From: an uncultured Planctomycetia bacterium
GTDB lineage: Bacteria > Omnitrophota > Gorgyraeia > CAYWPX01
Direction of reading: 5' to 3'
Length of the DNA stretch: 64,000 bases
Assembly (NCBI GenBank): GCA_964460615.1
Contig: CAYWPX010000005.1
Location: 96,843 to 160,842 of the forward strand
Positions 55,556 through 64,000 of the stretch are shown here, one piece after another. Both the position numbers and the translations under genes were made by a program. The notes beneath the pieces were generated by a model. The model was not told where the DNA came from and ran no database searches. It saw only the letters and a program-made list of their open reading frames with translations. Within the stretch, counting starts at the first letter, position 1; the number at the start of each line of letters is the position of its first letter.

Positions 55556-56179
55556 TTAACTGCCTTTTCTTGGATTAGATCTAAAGTATCTTTTAAAGCC
55601 TTTAAAAAAGCCTTTGTCTATCTGCTTTGTTTCACTTTTGGCTTTTTCTTTCACAATTTCTTCTTTTACTATATCCTTATCTTCGTCTTTTTTTGGATGA
55701 TAGACCTTTTCTTCAAGAGTTTTTACATCTTCTCTTCCGGCAACGTGTTTATTATCTTCGGATGGCTTTGTCTCTTTAGAACTTTTTGACTTTGACTTAG
55801 ACTTTACCGGGACAACAACCTCTTTTTTCTCAGTAAACTCCAAATAAGCCATCATAGCCCCATCACCAGGCCTGGTCTTATCTAAAATAACTCTTGTATA
55901 CCCGCCATTTCTGGACTTAAATAAAGGCGCGATTTCTTTAAACAACCTCTGAACAATCAGCTTATCATGCAGTATCTGCATAACCTGATTCTGAGCACCA
56001 ATATCGCCGCGCTTGCCAAAAGTGATCAATTTATCCGCCAAACGTTTTGTCAATTTTGCCTTAGTGACCGTGGTTCTGACCCGCTGGTGTAATATTAGCC
56101 CTGAAACAATTCCCCTGATAGTAGCCTTTCTAAGGCTTGTATCTCTATTAAGTTTTTTCGATAATTTACCGTGTCTCAT
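55556..56179 (-). CDS. rplQ: 50S ribosomal protein L17 with a long K/E-rich C-terminal extension (207 aa).
   Basis: 'MRHGKLSKKLNRDTSLRKATIRGIVSGLILHQRVRTTVTKAK' is present. The core approximately 115 aa are followed by an approximately 90-aa extension. Confidence 0.9.
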   Translation of the reverse strand: MRHGKLSKKLNRDTSLRKATIRGIVSGLILHQRVRTTVTKAKLTKRLADKLITFGKRGDIGAQNQVMQILHDKLIVQRLFKEIAPLFKSRNGGYTRVILDKTRPGDGAMMAYLEFTEKKEVVVPVKSKSKSKSSKETKPSEDNKHVAGREDVKTLEEKVYHPKKDEDKDIVKEEIVKEKAKSETKQIDKGFFKGFKRYFRSNPRKGS

Positions 56180-56187
56180 TTGACCTC

Positions 56188-57174
56188 TTACTCTTCCTTT
56201 GTCTTTTTAGTATCAATCTTCATTCCGAGAGAAAGCCCCATTCCAGCAAGCACTTTATTAATCTCTGTTAAAGATTTTTTGCCAAAATTCCTGTATTTTA
56301 GCATATCCATCTCGGTCTTTCTTACAAGCTCACCGAGGGTCTTGATCTTAGCTTCTTTAAGGCAATTTGCACTTCTGACAGATAATTCCATATCAGAAAC
56401 AGGAATTTTCATCTTGTCTAAAAGCTCTTTTTCTTCTGGAGTCTCTTCTGGCTCTTCCTCTTCTTCGGGAAGCTTGCCATAATTAACAAATATATCCAGA
56501 TGTTTCTGAAGAATGTTTGAAGCATATAAAAGGGCATCTTTAGGATTAATACTTGCGTTAGTTGTAATCTCTAAGATCAACTTGTCATAATCGGTTATCT
56601 GTCCGACCCTGGTATTCTCTACTCCGATATTAACCTTTCTTACAGGCGCAAATATCGAATCAATCGGTATAACCCCGATCGGTAAGCCGTCTTTTTTATT
56701 ACGTTCGGCCGGAACATACCCTCTGCCTTTTCCGACTTCCATTTCCATTTCAAATTTGGCTTTTTTGGAAAGCGTGCAGATGTGAAGATCCGGATTCAAT
56801 ACCTCAACGGTCTCGTCGGTGATGATGTCTTTAGCTGTAATATCGCCTTTTTTATCAACTTTAATATAAATAGTCTTAGGCTGTCTTGTATTTGACCTTA
56901 AGATAAGATTTTTGATATTCAATATGATCTCGGAGACATCCTCAACTACTCCTGGTATTGTAGAAAACTCATGCTGCGCCCCTTCGATCTTTACTGAAGT
57001 AACCGCTGCCCCTTCAATCCCAGAGATTAGAACTCTTCTTAATGAATTGCCTATCGTGATGCCATATCCTCTTTCAAAAGGCTCAGCAATAAATTTGCCA
57101 AAAGTTTCCGAATACGTAGACTCATCGCACTCTAACTTTTTTGGCATTTCAAAATTCTTCCATCCAATCCCCAT
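56188..57174 (-). CDS. rpoA: DNA-directed RNA polymerase subunit alpha.
   Basis: '[16 protein letters not shown]' is present. The C-terminal domain has '[10 protein letters not shown]'. 328 aa. Confidence 0.95.
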   Translation of the reverse strand: MGIGWKNFEMPKKLECDESTYSETFGKFIAEPFERGYGITIGNSLRRVLISGIEGAAVTSVKIEGAQHEFSTIPGVVEDVSEIILNIKNLILRSNTRQPKTIYIKVDKKGDITAKDIITDETVEVLNPDLHICTLSKKAKFEMEMEVGKGRGYVPAERNKKDGLPIGVIPIDSIFAPVRKVNIGVENTRVGQITDYDKLILEITTNASINPKDALLYASNILQKHLDIFVNYGKLPEEEEEPEETPEEKELLDKMKIPVSDMELSVRSANCLKEAKIKTLGELVRKTEMDMLKYRNFGKKSLTEINKVLAGMGLSLGMKIDTKKTKEE

Positions 57175-57249
57175 GATTCCTCCTAGAAATTTTATACTAT
57201 CGACAAATCATCCTATATTGCATTTTATAGAATGACGATTAAAATTATT

Positions 57250-57876
57250 TTACTTCGAATACAACTCAACTATCAGCTGTTCCTGGAGCGGGAAACCCAC
57301 ATCTTCGCGTACTGGAAGCTTTGTTACTTTCCCCTTTAACTCCTTATCATTTGCTTCAAGCCACTGAGGGATACCACGCTCTTTAACCAATTCAAAAGTA
57401 TCGTGTGCACCTTTGACAAAAACATCTTTTCCTCTCAGCTCAATCATATCACCTGTTTTTACTAAATAGGAAGGGATATTCACTCCTTTGCCATTCACCA
57501 AAACATGCCCATGTTGAACGATTTGCCTGGCATCCTGCCTGGAAGTAGCAAAGCAAAGCCTGAATACGACATTATCAAGCCTTCTTTCCAAAAACTGCAA
57601 AAGTATATGGCCTGTAACTCCCTTTAATCTTTTAGCCTTTTTGAAATAATTTCTGAACTGCTGTTCCATAAGACCATAGATCCTCTTTGCTTTCTGTTTT
57701 TCTCTAAGCTGTATTCCATAGTTTGAAAGCTTGGTCTTGGCCGCTCCATGTTGACCGGGTGCAAAGGCGCGTTTTGCAACGGCGCATTTATCGGTATTAC
57801 ACCTTGTGCCTTTTAAAAAAAGCTTTATTCCTTCTCTTCTACATAATCTGCATACTGGTCCGCGATATCTTCCCAT
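57250..57876 (-). CDS. rpsD: 30S ribosomal protein S4.
   Basis: '[23 protein letters not shown]' is present. 208 aa. Confidence 0.95.
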   Translation of the reverse strand: MGRYRGPVCRLCRREGIKLFLKGTRCNTDKCAVAKRAFAPGQHGAAKTKLSNYGIQLREKQKAKRIYGLMEQQFRNYFKKAKRLKGVTGHILLQFLERRLDNVVFRLCFATSRQDARQIVQHGHVLVNGKGVNIPSYLVKTGDMIELRGKDVFVKGAHDTFELVKERGIPQWLEANDKELKGKVTKLPVREDVGFPLQEQLIVELYSK

Positions 57877-57885
57877 GATCTTTTA

Positions 57886-58281
57886 CTATACCCTCCTTCT
57901 TTTTGGAGGCCTGCAACCATTATGAGGTATTGGTGTAACGTCTTTTATGGCTTTAATTGCCAGACCCGCTGCCTGAATAGCCCTGATAGCGGATTCTCTT
58001 CCGGCACCCGGGCCTTTTATGAATACCTCAACCTCTTTCATTCCATGTTCAACGGCCTTTTTTGCGGCATTGTCAGCAGCAATCTGCGCAGCAAACGGTG
58101 TTGATTTTTTTGATCCTTTGAAACCAGACGTACCGGTAGATGACCAACAAACCGCATTACCGCTTTTATCTGTTATCGTAACAATCGTATTATTAAACGA
58201 TGCTTGGATATGAACTATTCCGCTAGGAACGTTCTTTGTGCCTTTTTTCTTTGTTTTAGGCTTTTTAAGCTGTTCCGCCAC
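57886..58281 (-). CDS. rpsK: 30S ribosomal protein S11.
   Basis: '[18 protein letters not shown]' is present. 131 aa. Confidence 0.95.
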   Translation of the reverse strand: MAEQLKKPKTKKKGTKNVPSGIVHIQASFNNTIVTITDKSGNAVCWSSTGTSGFKGSKKSTPFAAQIAADNAAKKAVEHGMKEVEVFIKGPGAGRESAIRAIQAAGLAIKAIKDVTPIPHNGCRPPKRRRV

Positions 58282-58663
58282 CTTTAGTCTCCTTCTTAGC
58301 TCTTTGTACTCCTACTGTTTTTCTGGGGCCCTTTCTGGTTCTCGCATTAGTCCTTGTCCTCTGCCCTCTAACAGGGAGTCCTTTTCTATGTCTTGTACCT
58401 CTAAATGAACCTATATCGATAAGCCTCTTTATGTTAGCTCCTTGAACTCGCCTAAGGTCTCCCTCAACTCTGTAATCCTTCTGAATTGCATTGGTAAGCT
58501 TTGCTACCTCTTCTTCAGTAAGATCCTTTGCTCTTTTGGCGGGGCTAATCCCGACATTAGCTAAAATCTTATCTGATAAAGTTTTTCCTATACCAAAAAT
58601 ATACGTAAGGGCAACATCTGTCCTTTTTTCTTTTGGTATATCAACTCCACAAATTCTTGGCAT
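58265..58663 (-). CDS. rpsM: 30S ribosomal protein S13.
   Basis: '[14 protein letters not shown]' is present. 132 aa. Confidence 0.95.
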   Translation of the reverse strand: MPRICGVDIPKEKRTDVALTYIFGIGKTLSDKILANVGISPAKRAKDLTEEEVAKLTNAIQKDYRVEGDLRRVQGANIKRLIDIGSFRGTRHRKGLPVRGQRTRTNARTRKGPRKTVGVQRAKKETKGGGTA

Positions 58664-58779
58664 ATTTACTCCTAGATAACTCCGGCGTTGCTTCTTTTTC
58701 TGGCAAACCGGTTGAATTCCCGCCTACCGGCAGGCAGGTGTCCCAAAACCCAAAGGGCCAGGGGAACCTTAATTGTTGT
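58664..58779 (-). promoter_or_regulatory. Structured rpmJ-rpsM intergenic leader; candidate S4 translational-repressor site of the alpha operon.
   Basis: The 116-nt gap contains GC-rich inverted repeats (ccggttgaattcccgcctaccgg at 58710-58732; cctaccggcagg/cctgcc...). In E. coli S4 binds a structured leader upstream of rpsM. Confidence 0.3.
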
Positions 58780-58893
58780 TTACCCTTGTCTTTGTTTGTG
58801 TTTAGGATTCGAACATATAACCCTTACTATGCCGCTCCTTTTTACGATCGTACACTTGTCACAAATTTTTTTAATACTGCTTCTTACTTTCAT
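58780..58893 (-). CDS. rpmJ: 50S ribosomal protein L36 (missed by the ORF track; 37 aa).
   Basis: Hand translation gives [37 protein letters not shown], with the C-x2-C-x12-C-x4-H zinc ribbon. Confidence 0.85.
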   Translation of the reverse strand: MKVRSSIKKICDKCTIVKRSGIVRVICSNPKHKQRQG

Positions 58894-58910
58894 CTTAAAT
58901 CACTCCAAAA

Positions 58911-59129
58911 TTATTTAGTCCTGTGAATTATTCTTCCTCTTGTAAGATCATAAGGAGATAATTCAAGTTTTACTTTATCCCCCGGCAAAATCCTGATAAA
59001 ATTAAGGCGCATCTTACCAGAGACATGGGCCAGAACTTTGTGGCCTCCTTCAATCTCAACCCTAAACATAGCATTTGGCAGGGCTTCTAAAACCTTGCCT
59101 TCCATTTCTATTGGTTCTTCTTTTCCCAT
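58911..59129 (-). CDS. infA: Translation initiation factor IF-1.
   Basis: '[35 protein letters not shown]' is present. 72 aa. Confidence 0.95.
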   Translation of the reverse strand: MGKEEPIEMEGKVLEALPNAMFRVEIEGGHKVLAHVSGKMRLNFIRILPGDKVKLELSPYDLTRGRIIHRTK

Positions 59130-59869
59130 AATGTCAAAATCTCCGCCTTTTTATCATCAATAACGATCGTATGTTCAAAATGGGCTGAAAGAGATCTGTC
59201 TTTGGTCAAAGCTGTCCACCCATCATGCATTATCTCTATCTCAAAAGATCCGGCATTAACCGTTGGCTCAATTGCAAGCACCATGCCTTTTTCTAACTTA
59301 ACCCCTTGGCCTGCTTTGCCGTAATTCGGGACCTCGGGCGCCTCATGCATCTTTTGTCCGATCCCATGGCCGACAAAAGCTCTTACAACGCTGTAACCAT
59401 TGGATTCAACATATTGCTGTATTGCGCTTGATATATCAAACAACCTGTTACCGCTAATCGCTTTCTCTATTCCCAGATTTAGCGATTTTTCAGTTACATC
59501 CATTAGTCTCTGGGCTTCTTTTGAGATCTTACCGACCCCAAAAGTCGCTGCGGCATCGCCATAATAACCTTTATACTTAACCCCAACATCGATGCTTATT
59601 ATATCGCCGTCTTTTATAATCTGCTTACCCGGTATCCCATGGACAACAACGTTATTGATTGACGCACAAATATTACCGGGAAAACCTTTATAATTATAGA
59701 ACGCTGAATCACAACCTGAATCTTTTATTATCTTTAGCGCCTTCTCATCAAGTGACTTAGTGGTGATCCCAGGTTTTAATTCATCTCTTAATCGAGTTAT
59801 GATATCCGCGACTACCGAACCTGCCTTTCTCATAAGGTCAAGCTCTTCGTTGGATTTAATACTGATCAT
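59108..59869 (-). CDS. map: Type I methionine aminopeptidase.
   Basis: 'HGIPG', '[19 protein letters not shown]', 'FVGHGIG' and 'LAIEP' are present. 253 aa. Confidence 0.9.
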   Translation of the reverse strand: MISIKSNEELDLMRKAGSVVADIITRLRDELKPGITTKSLDEKALKIIKDSGCDSAFYNYKGFPGNICASINNVVVHGIPGKQIIKDGDIISIDVGVKYKGYYGDAAATFGVGKISKEAQRLMDVTEKSLNLGIEKAISGNRLFDISSAIQQYVESNGYSVVRAFVGHGIGQKMHEAPEVPNYGKAGQGVKLEKGMVLAIEPTVNAGSFEIEIMHDGWTALTKDRSLSAHFEHTIVIDDKKAEILTLWEKKNQ

Positions 59870-60519
59870 AAAAACTTTTCGGCTTTAAATAGCTCCAATA
59901 AAATAGACCTAACCTCGTTTACGTCTTTATCGCCAGAAACTGTTCTTAATAAACGCTGTGTCTTATAATAATCTATCAGGTCTTTTGTCTGATTATTGTA
60001 AACAACAAGCCTGTTCTTTACAGTATCAGGCATATCATCGGTTCTCTGATAAAGCTCACCAGCGCATTTATCGCAAATGTTCGCCTTTTTGGGAGGAATA
60101 TTGACGACATGATAATTCGCCCCACAATTCTTGCATATGCGTCTTCCGGAAAGCCTTGAAATAACAGTAGGTTCTGAGGTTTCAAAATATATCACCAGAT
60201 CGATAGGATTTTTCCCGGAAAGAGCCGCATCCAGCTTTTCGGCTTGAACTTTAGTTCTTGGAAACCCATCAAGTATAAAACCTTTTTTTGCATCGTCTTT
60301 TGATATTCTATCTAAAACCAGCTCTATAACGACCTCATCGGGAACAAGCTCGCCTTTATCCATAAAAGTTTTTGCTTTAAGGCCTATGGAAGTGCCTGCT
60401 TTTAATGCAGCTCTAAGCATGTCGCCCGTTGAGATATGCAAAGCGCCGAGATCTTTTGCTATAACCTGCGCCTGCGTTCCTTTTCCTGCTCCTGGTGGCC
60501 CTAAAAAAATAAGTCTCAT
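59866..60519 (-). CDS. adk: Adenylate kinase (with zinc-ribbon lid).
   Basis: 'IFLGPPGAGKGTQA' is present. The lid 'CKNCGANYHV...CDKCAGEL' is Cys4. 217 aa. Confidence 0.9.
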   Translation of the reverse strand: MRLIFLGPPGAGKGTQAQVIAKDLGALHISTGDMLRAALKAGTSIGLKAKTFMDKGELVPDEVVIELVLDRISKDDAKKGFILDGFPRTKVQAEKLDAALSGKNPIDLVIYFETSEPTVISRLSGRRICKNCGANYHVVNIPPKKANICDKCAGELYQRTDDMPDTVKNRLVVYNNQTKDLIDYYKTQRLLRTVSGDKDVNEVRSILLELFKAEKFL

Positions 60520-60610
60520 TTATATTTTTCTGTATTATTTAGAAGCCAGAGATCAGATGTCAGAAAACAGATTTTTCTGTCATCTGTCAACTGTTTTCTG
60601 TCTTCTAGGT
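60520..60610 (-). promoter_or_regulatory. Nested palindromic structure in the secY-adk intergenic region.
   Basis: 'cagatgtcagaaaacagatttttctgtcatctgtcaactgttttctgtc' contains cagaaaacag/ctgttttctg and cagatgacag/ctgtcatctg arms. Confidence 0.3.
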
Positions 60611-61954
60611 TTATCGTCTTCCCTTAAGTCTTCCGCGCTTCATAAAACCTTCATAATGCCTCATCAATAGGTGCGATTCAACCTGTCTCATCGTATCAAG
60701 CATAACACCCACTATGATCAAAAGCCCTGTGCCTCCGAAAAACGAAGCAACAAGATAAGGTATTTTTAAAGATGCGCTTATCAAGCTCGGGAAAATCGCC
60801 ACTAACGCTAATGCAAGCGACCCCGGTAAAGTAATCCTTGTCATTACAAAATCAAGATACTCTGCTGTAGCCCTTCCCGGCCTGATCCCGGGAACAAACC
60901 CCCCGTGCTTTTTCATATTCTCCGCAACATCTATTGGATTAAAAGTTATGGCAGCATAAAAATAAGCAAAGAAAATTATAAAAAGCGAATAAACAATATT
61001 ATACATCCAGCCTTCTCTTGAAAATGCCATAGCAATATTCTGCATAACCTGGTTTGGTATAAAAGCCGCAATAGTAGCCGGAAAAAGTATTATAGACTGT
61101 GCAAATATGATAGGAATAACGCCGCCCTGATTGACCCTTAAAGGAATAAAAGTGGACTGGCCGCCGTAAACCCTTCTACCAACGACTCTTTTAGCGTACT
61201 GAATAGGGATCTTTCTTTGTCCCTGCGTCATCAGGATTACCGCTACCGTAACAAACACAAACATGAATGCCATAAGAAGAAGCTTCCAAGGTTCGAGTAT
61301 CTGTTTATCCGGAGAAAATGGCGATACTAGAACATAGAGTTCATATAAAGCCTGCGGAAGCCTGGAAACAATACCTGCGGTTATTATCAGTGACATTCCA
61401 TTGCCAATACCAAATTCCTGTATCTGTTCACCTAGCCACATAATAAACGCAGTGCCGCTTGTAAGAGTAAGTACCGTCAAAAGCCTGAATGACCATCCAG
61501 GAAAAAGCACTACTGTTTCGCCGCCAAAATTTGTCTTTTCAAGCCAAAGAGCTATAAAAAATGACTGGAACAATGAAAGAACTATTGTGCCATACCGGGT
61601 TAGCTGAATAATTTTTTTATGTCCGGCTTCACCTTCTTTTGCCAATTTTTCCAAATACGGGATAACTGCCGTCAAAAGCTGAATAATAATCGAAGCAGAT
61701 ATGTAAGGCATAATACCGAGAGCAAATATCGTCAGCTTCGACATCGCGCCGCCGGTAAACATATTCATTACCCCGAGAAGCGCTCCGCCTTCAGTCTGGG
61801 CAAACCTTTCAAAATACAAAGCAAGCGTCGCCCCGTCAACACCTGGTGTCGGGATATATGAACCTATTCTATAAACCGCTATCATTCCCAATGTAAATAA
61901 AACTTTTTTCTTTAAATCGGGAATTTTAAAAATATTTGTAAGCGCCTTAAGCAT
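60611..61954 (-). CDS. secY: Preprotein translocase subunit SecY.
   Basis: 447 aa with 10 TM helices. 'GGALLGVMNMFTGGA' and 'QGQRKIPIQYAKR' are present. Confidence 0.95.
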   Translation of the reverse strand: MLKALTNIFKIPDLKKKVLFTLGMIAVYRIGSYIPTPGVDGATLALYFERFAQTEGGALLGVMNMFTGGAMSKLTIFALGIMPYISASIIIQLLTAVIPYLEKLAKEGEAGHKKIIQLTRYGTIVLSLFQSFFIALWLEKTNFGGETVVLFPGWSFRLLTVLTLTSGTAFIMWLGEQIQEFGIGNGMSLIITAGIVSRLPQALYELYVLVSPFSPDKQILEPWKLLLMAFMFVFVTVAVILMTQGQRKIPIQYAKRVVGRRVYGGQSTFIPLRVNQGGVIPIIFAQSIILFPATIAAFIPNQVMQNIAMAFSREGWMYNIVYSLFIIFFAYFYAAITFNPIDVAENMKKHGGFVPGIRPGRATAEYLDFVMTRITLPGSLALALVAIFPSLISASLKIPYLVASFFGGTGLLIIVGVMLDTMRQVESHLLMRHYEGFMKRGRLKGRR

Positions 61955-61955
61955 T

Positions 61956-62582
61956 TTACTTTCCTTTAGAAGGTGGAGTGCTTGAGCGTTTATCTACATC
62001 TGGTTTGGATTTATCTTTTTTTTCCTGCTTTTCTTTGGTCTTTTCTGGTGCCGGCTTAATCGGTTTTGCTATATTGACCTTTGGAGCTGCAACTTTCTTG
62101 ACTTTGATCTTCTTTGAAACTTCTTTTCCGGATTTATCTACTGCCTTACCTCCGGCTTTTGTGATCTTCTCAATAGCGCTATTAGAAAAACAATCTGCCT
62201 GTACCGTGAGAGATCTCTTAAGTTCGCCATCCCCGAGGACCTTTATCATGTTTTTAGGGTTCTTGATAAGGCCTTTATTCTTTAATAGCTCTGGCGTTAC
62301 ATTTTCATTATCTTTAAATATATTAAGGCTTTCAACATTGACTAGCTGCCATTTAATTCTTGAAAGCGGATTAAAGCCAAATTTTGGAAGCCTTCTTAAT
62401 AAAGACATCTGGCCGCCTTCAAATCCGGGTTTTATATTCCCGCCTGAGCGCGCCTTTTCACCTTTATGGCCTTTGGTTGAAGTCCCGCCGTGTCCCGAAC
62501 CAATACCCCTACCTAGAATTTTCCTTCTTTTGTTTGCACCATATGGCGCTCTTAGATCATTTAGTTTAAATTTCTTTTTCAT
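61956..62582 (-). CDS. rplO: 50S ribosomal protein L15 with a K-rich C-terminal extension (208 aa).
   Basis: 'LNDLRAPYGANKRRKILGRGIGSGHGGTSTKGHKG' is present. The extension begins after about residue 150. Confidence 0.9.
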   Translation of the reverse strand: MKKKFKLNDLRAPYGANKRRKILGRGIGSGHGGTSTKGHKGEKARSGGNIKPGFEGGQMSLLRRLPKFGFNPLSRIKWQLVNVESLNIFKDNENVTPELLKNKGLIKNPKNMIKVLGDGELKRSLTVQADCFSNSAIEKITKAGGKAVDKSGKEVSKKIKVKKVAAPKVNIAKPIKPAPEKTKEKQEKKDKSKPDVDKRSSTPPSKGK

Positions 62583-62601
62583 TGATTTCCTAAACTTTCA
62601 T

Positions 62602-63084
62602 TTAAAATTCTTTTTGAGTTTTAAATTTTGTAAGCCCGATTATTGTGGCCTTTACAAGATTGACAGGATTGTTCGATTTAAGGGATTTAGTAAGAATATC
62701 TTTTATCCCTACCGCATCGCAAACCGCCCTTACTGCTCCACCGGCGATAACGCCGGTACCCTCGGATGCCGGCTTCATAATAACTTTTGCAGCCTTATAA
62801 AGCCCTATGGTCTCGAATGGTATGGTAGTACCTTTCATCGGAACCATAACAAAATTCTTTTTAGCATCATTAAGGCCTTTTCTTATAGCATCGGCGATTT
62901 CATTTGCTTTGCCATACCCGCAGCCGATCTTTCCTTTTCCATCCCCCACAACAACTAAAGCACTAAAAGAAAATCTACGTCCGCCTTTTACAACCTTGGC
63001 AACCCTGTTTACAGCGATTACCTTTTCTATTAGCTCTTCTCTTCCTTCTTCTGCCGCAATATTTTTATGTTTATCTCTATCCAA
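62602..63084 (-). CDS. rpsE: 30S ribosomal protein S5.
   Basis: '[35 protein letters not shown]' is present. 160 aa. Confidence 0.95.
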   Translation of the reverse strand: MDRDKHKNIAAEEGREELIEKVIAVNRVAKVVKGGRRFSFSALVVVGDGKGKIGCGYGKANEIADAIRKGLNDAKKNFVMVPMKGTTIPFETIGLYKAAKVIMKPASEGTGVIAGGAVRAVCDAVGIKDILTKSLKSNNPVNLVKATIIGLTKFKTQKEF

Positions 63085-63121
63085 CTTATCCCCCTAAAAA
63101 CACTTAAATTATTATTTTACG

Positions 63122-63490
63122 TTAGAATGAAAGGCCGTTAGACCTTGCAGAATCGGCTACAGCCTTAATCCTGCCATGATATAGATATCCGCTCTTATCA
63201 AAAACAACCTTCAGGATACCTTTTGATTTCGCAAGTTTTGCAAACTCTTCACCGAGAGCAGTTGCTGCTTTTAAATTTCCGCCTGATTTGATCTTATCTT
63301 TCATTATCTTATCTCTTGTAGATAGCGAAAGAATCGTGCTGCCTTTAGTGTCATCAACAAGCTGAATAAACATATTATTAATGCTTCTATGAACTGCCAT
63401 TCTGGGCCTTTCGGGCGTGCCAACCAGTCTCTGTCTTGCCCTTTTATGCCTTCTTATCCTGCCTAATTCTTTTTTTAATGTATGTGCCAT
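63122..63490 (-). CDS. rplR: 50S ribosomal protein L18.
   Basis: 'RIRRHKRARQRLVGTPERPRMAVHRSINNMFIQLVDD' is present. 122 aa. Confidence 0.9.
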   Translation of the reverse strand: MAHTLKKELGRIRRHKRARQRLVGTPERPRMAVHRSINNMFIQLVDDTKGSTILSLSTRDKIMKDKIKSGGNLKAATALGEEFAKLAKSKGILKVVFDKSGYLYHGRIKAVADSARSNGLSF

Positions 63491-63515
63491 TTTATTCTCT
63501 TTAGTATTATGTTTT

Positions 63516-63579
63516 TTGCGTACGGAGTACGGCGTTTTTTGTTTTTCACGCTGTACGAAATACGTTGTACTATGTACTG
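63516..63579. repeat. Intergenic repeat element copy 2 (same conserved hairpin stem as the copy at 48962-49034).
   Basis: 'ttgcgtacggagtacggcgttttttgtttttcacgctgtacgaaatacgttgtactatgtactg' has the stem gtacggcgt/acgctgtac (the same 9-bp stem with the same single mismatch position) and a different loop. Confidence 0.55.
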
Positions 63580-63582
63580 CTT

Positions 63583-64000
63583 TTAAGCTACTGTCTTTCC
63601 GGCTTTATGCCTAACATATTCGCCAACATATCTCACACCTTTACCTTTATAAGGCTCAGGTTCAAAAAACGATCTAATTTTTGCTGCAGTTTCTCCAACT
63701 TTTGCCTTATCAACACCTTTTATGATAATATTGACCGGCTTTGGGGTTTCAATTGTGATGCCCTCGGGTATCTGATAATTTATCTGATGTGAAAAGCCAA
63801 GGCTCATATTTAAAACCTTACCTTGGGTCTGAGCCTTAAAACCAACCCCCTGAACCTCCAGCTCCTTCTGAAATCCATCGGTTATACCTTTTATAATATT
63901 ATGTATAGAGGTTCTAATTAAACCATGAAGGCATCTGTCATTTTTTGACTCAGACGGCCTTTTAACCAAAATTTTCTCTGCCGATACCTCTACTTTAAAA
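63583..64000 (-). CDS. rplF: 50S ribosomal protein L6, C-terminal part (N-terminus lies beyond the window end).
   Basis: 'GFSHQINYQIPEGITIE...EPEPYKGKGVRYVGEYVRHKAGK' is present. The ORF-track 'M' at 63969 is a TTG internal codon. The reading frame stays open to 64000 (..FKVEVSAEKILVKRPSES..). Confidence 0.85.
   Translation of the reverse strand, partial: FKVEVSAEKILVKRPSESKNDRCLHGLIRTSIHNIIKGITDGFQKELEVQGVGFKAQTQGKVLNMSLGFSHQINYQIPEGITIETPKPVNIIIKGVDKAKVGETAAKIRSFFEPEPYKGKGVRYVGEYVRHKAGKTVA

Noticed and set aside
61978-62958. Long plus-strand ORF (326 aa) and many other plus-strand ORFs of 60-165 aa across the window.
   Set aside because: They lie antisense to well-supported minus-strand genes (rplO/rpsE, secY, M16 peptidase, etc.). 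They have low-complexity or atypical composition, no RBS and no recognisable motifs. The only credible plus-strand genes are gspA-like and gspB-like at 1.5-2.8 kb.
1-64000. Prophage, transposon or genomic island signatures (GC shifts, integrases, IS inverted repeats).
   Set aside because: Composition is uniformly low-GC. No integrase, transposase, recombinase or phage structural genes were recognised. Synteny is of conserved housekeeping type (aroQ-pepP-efp-accBC, spc/alpha operon).

Overview
This is a low-GC (about 35-37% by eye) bacterial chromosomal segment. Almost all genes are on the minus strand and tightly packed, with many 1-25 nt overlaps; only a GspA/GspB-like pair is on the plus strand. 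There are no CRISPR arrays and no transposase or integrase genes.

Recognisable content, in order:
- A PilZ protein divergent from the gspA/gspB-like pair.
- Housekeeping genes: thioesterase, GNAT, yjbQ, aroB, an M50 protease, a CsaA-like tRNA-binding protein, and envelope proteins (SH3b, SPOR).
- A translationally coupled six-gene operon at 9.3-15.6 kb: Arch_ATPase/DUF234-type P-loop ATPase, YfcE phosphodiesterase, HIT hydrolase, dGTPase-like HD hydrolase, PilT, and GAF-HD-GYP.
- A LysM-M23 peptidase and tRNA-Gly(CCC), followed by degenerate tandem copies of the tRNA 5' end.
- Thiamine genes (thiC, thiE, a ThiD2-like gene), ADP-heptose genes (gmhA, an hldE C-domain-like gene), pfk, and the Asp23/AmaP pair.
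- accC-accB-efp-pepP-aroQ, a Trm112-like small protein, rmuC, a patatin, and an orphan Memo/AmmeMemoRadiSam-B protein.
- An M16 peptidase and rpsU.
- An ECF sigma/anti-sigma/Spy-like envelope-stress operon preceded by a textbook sigma-E-type promoter, with a Tyr-rich repeat protein and a DUF4412 gene.
- feoAB, cobO, a NYN (YacP-like) gene, pcm, and a glycolipid cluster (GT2, acyltransferase, GT28).
- A lipoate cluster (lipoyl-domain protein, lipA, lipB, lpd) followed by mdh, icd-like, leuCD-like and an aminotransferase.
- A PrsA-like PPIase and a GAF-GGDEF cyclase.
- The alpha and spc ribosomal operon segment: rplQ, rpoA, rpsD, rpsK, rpsM, rpmJ, infA, map, adk, secY, rplO, rpsE, rplR, and partial rplF. 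There is no rpmD.

The LPS/heptose genes, SPOR, Spy-like protein, feoAB and the missing L30 suggest a Gram-negative-type, probably anaerobic, deep-branching or uncultivated lineage. Phylum cannot be determined from sequence alone.

Three CDSs below the ORF-track size cutoff were found by hand: Trm112, bS21 and bL36.

Candidates for novelty:
- The ATPase/YfcE/HIT/dGTPase/PilT/HD-GYP operon.
- The ECF-controlled Tyr-rich repeat protein module.
- A conserved hairpin-containing intergenic repeat present twice (48.96 kb and 63.5 kb).
- The tRNA-Gly 5'-end tandem remnants.
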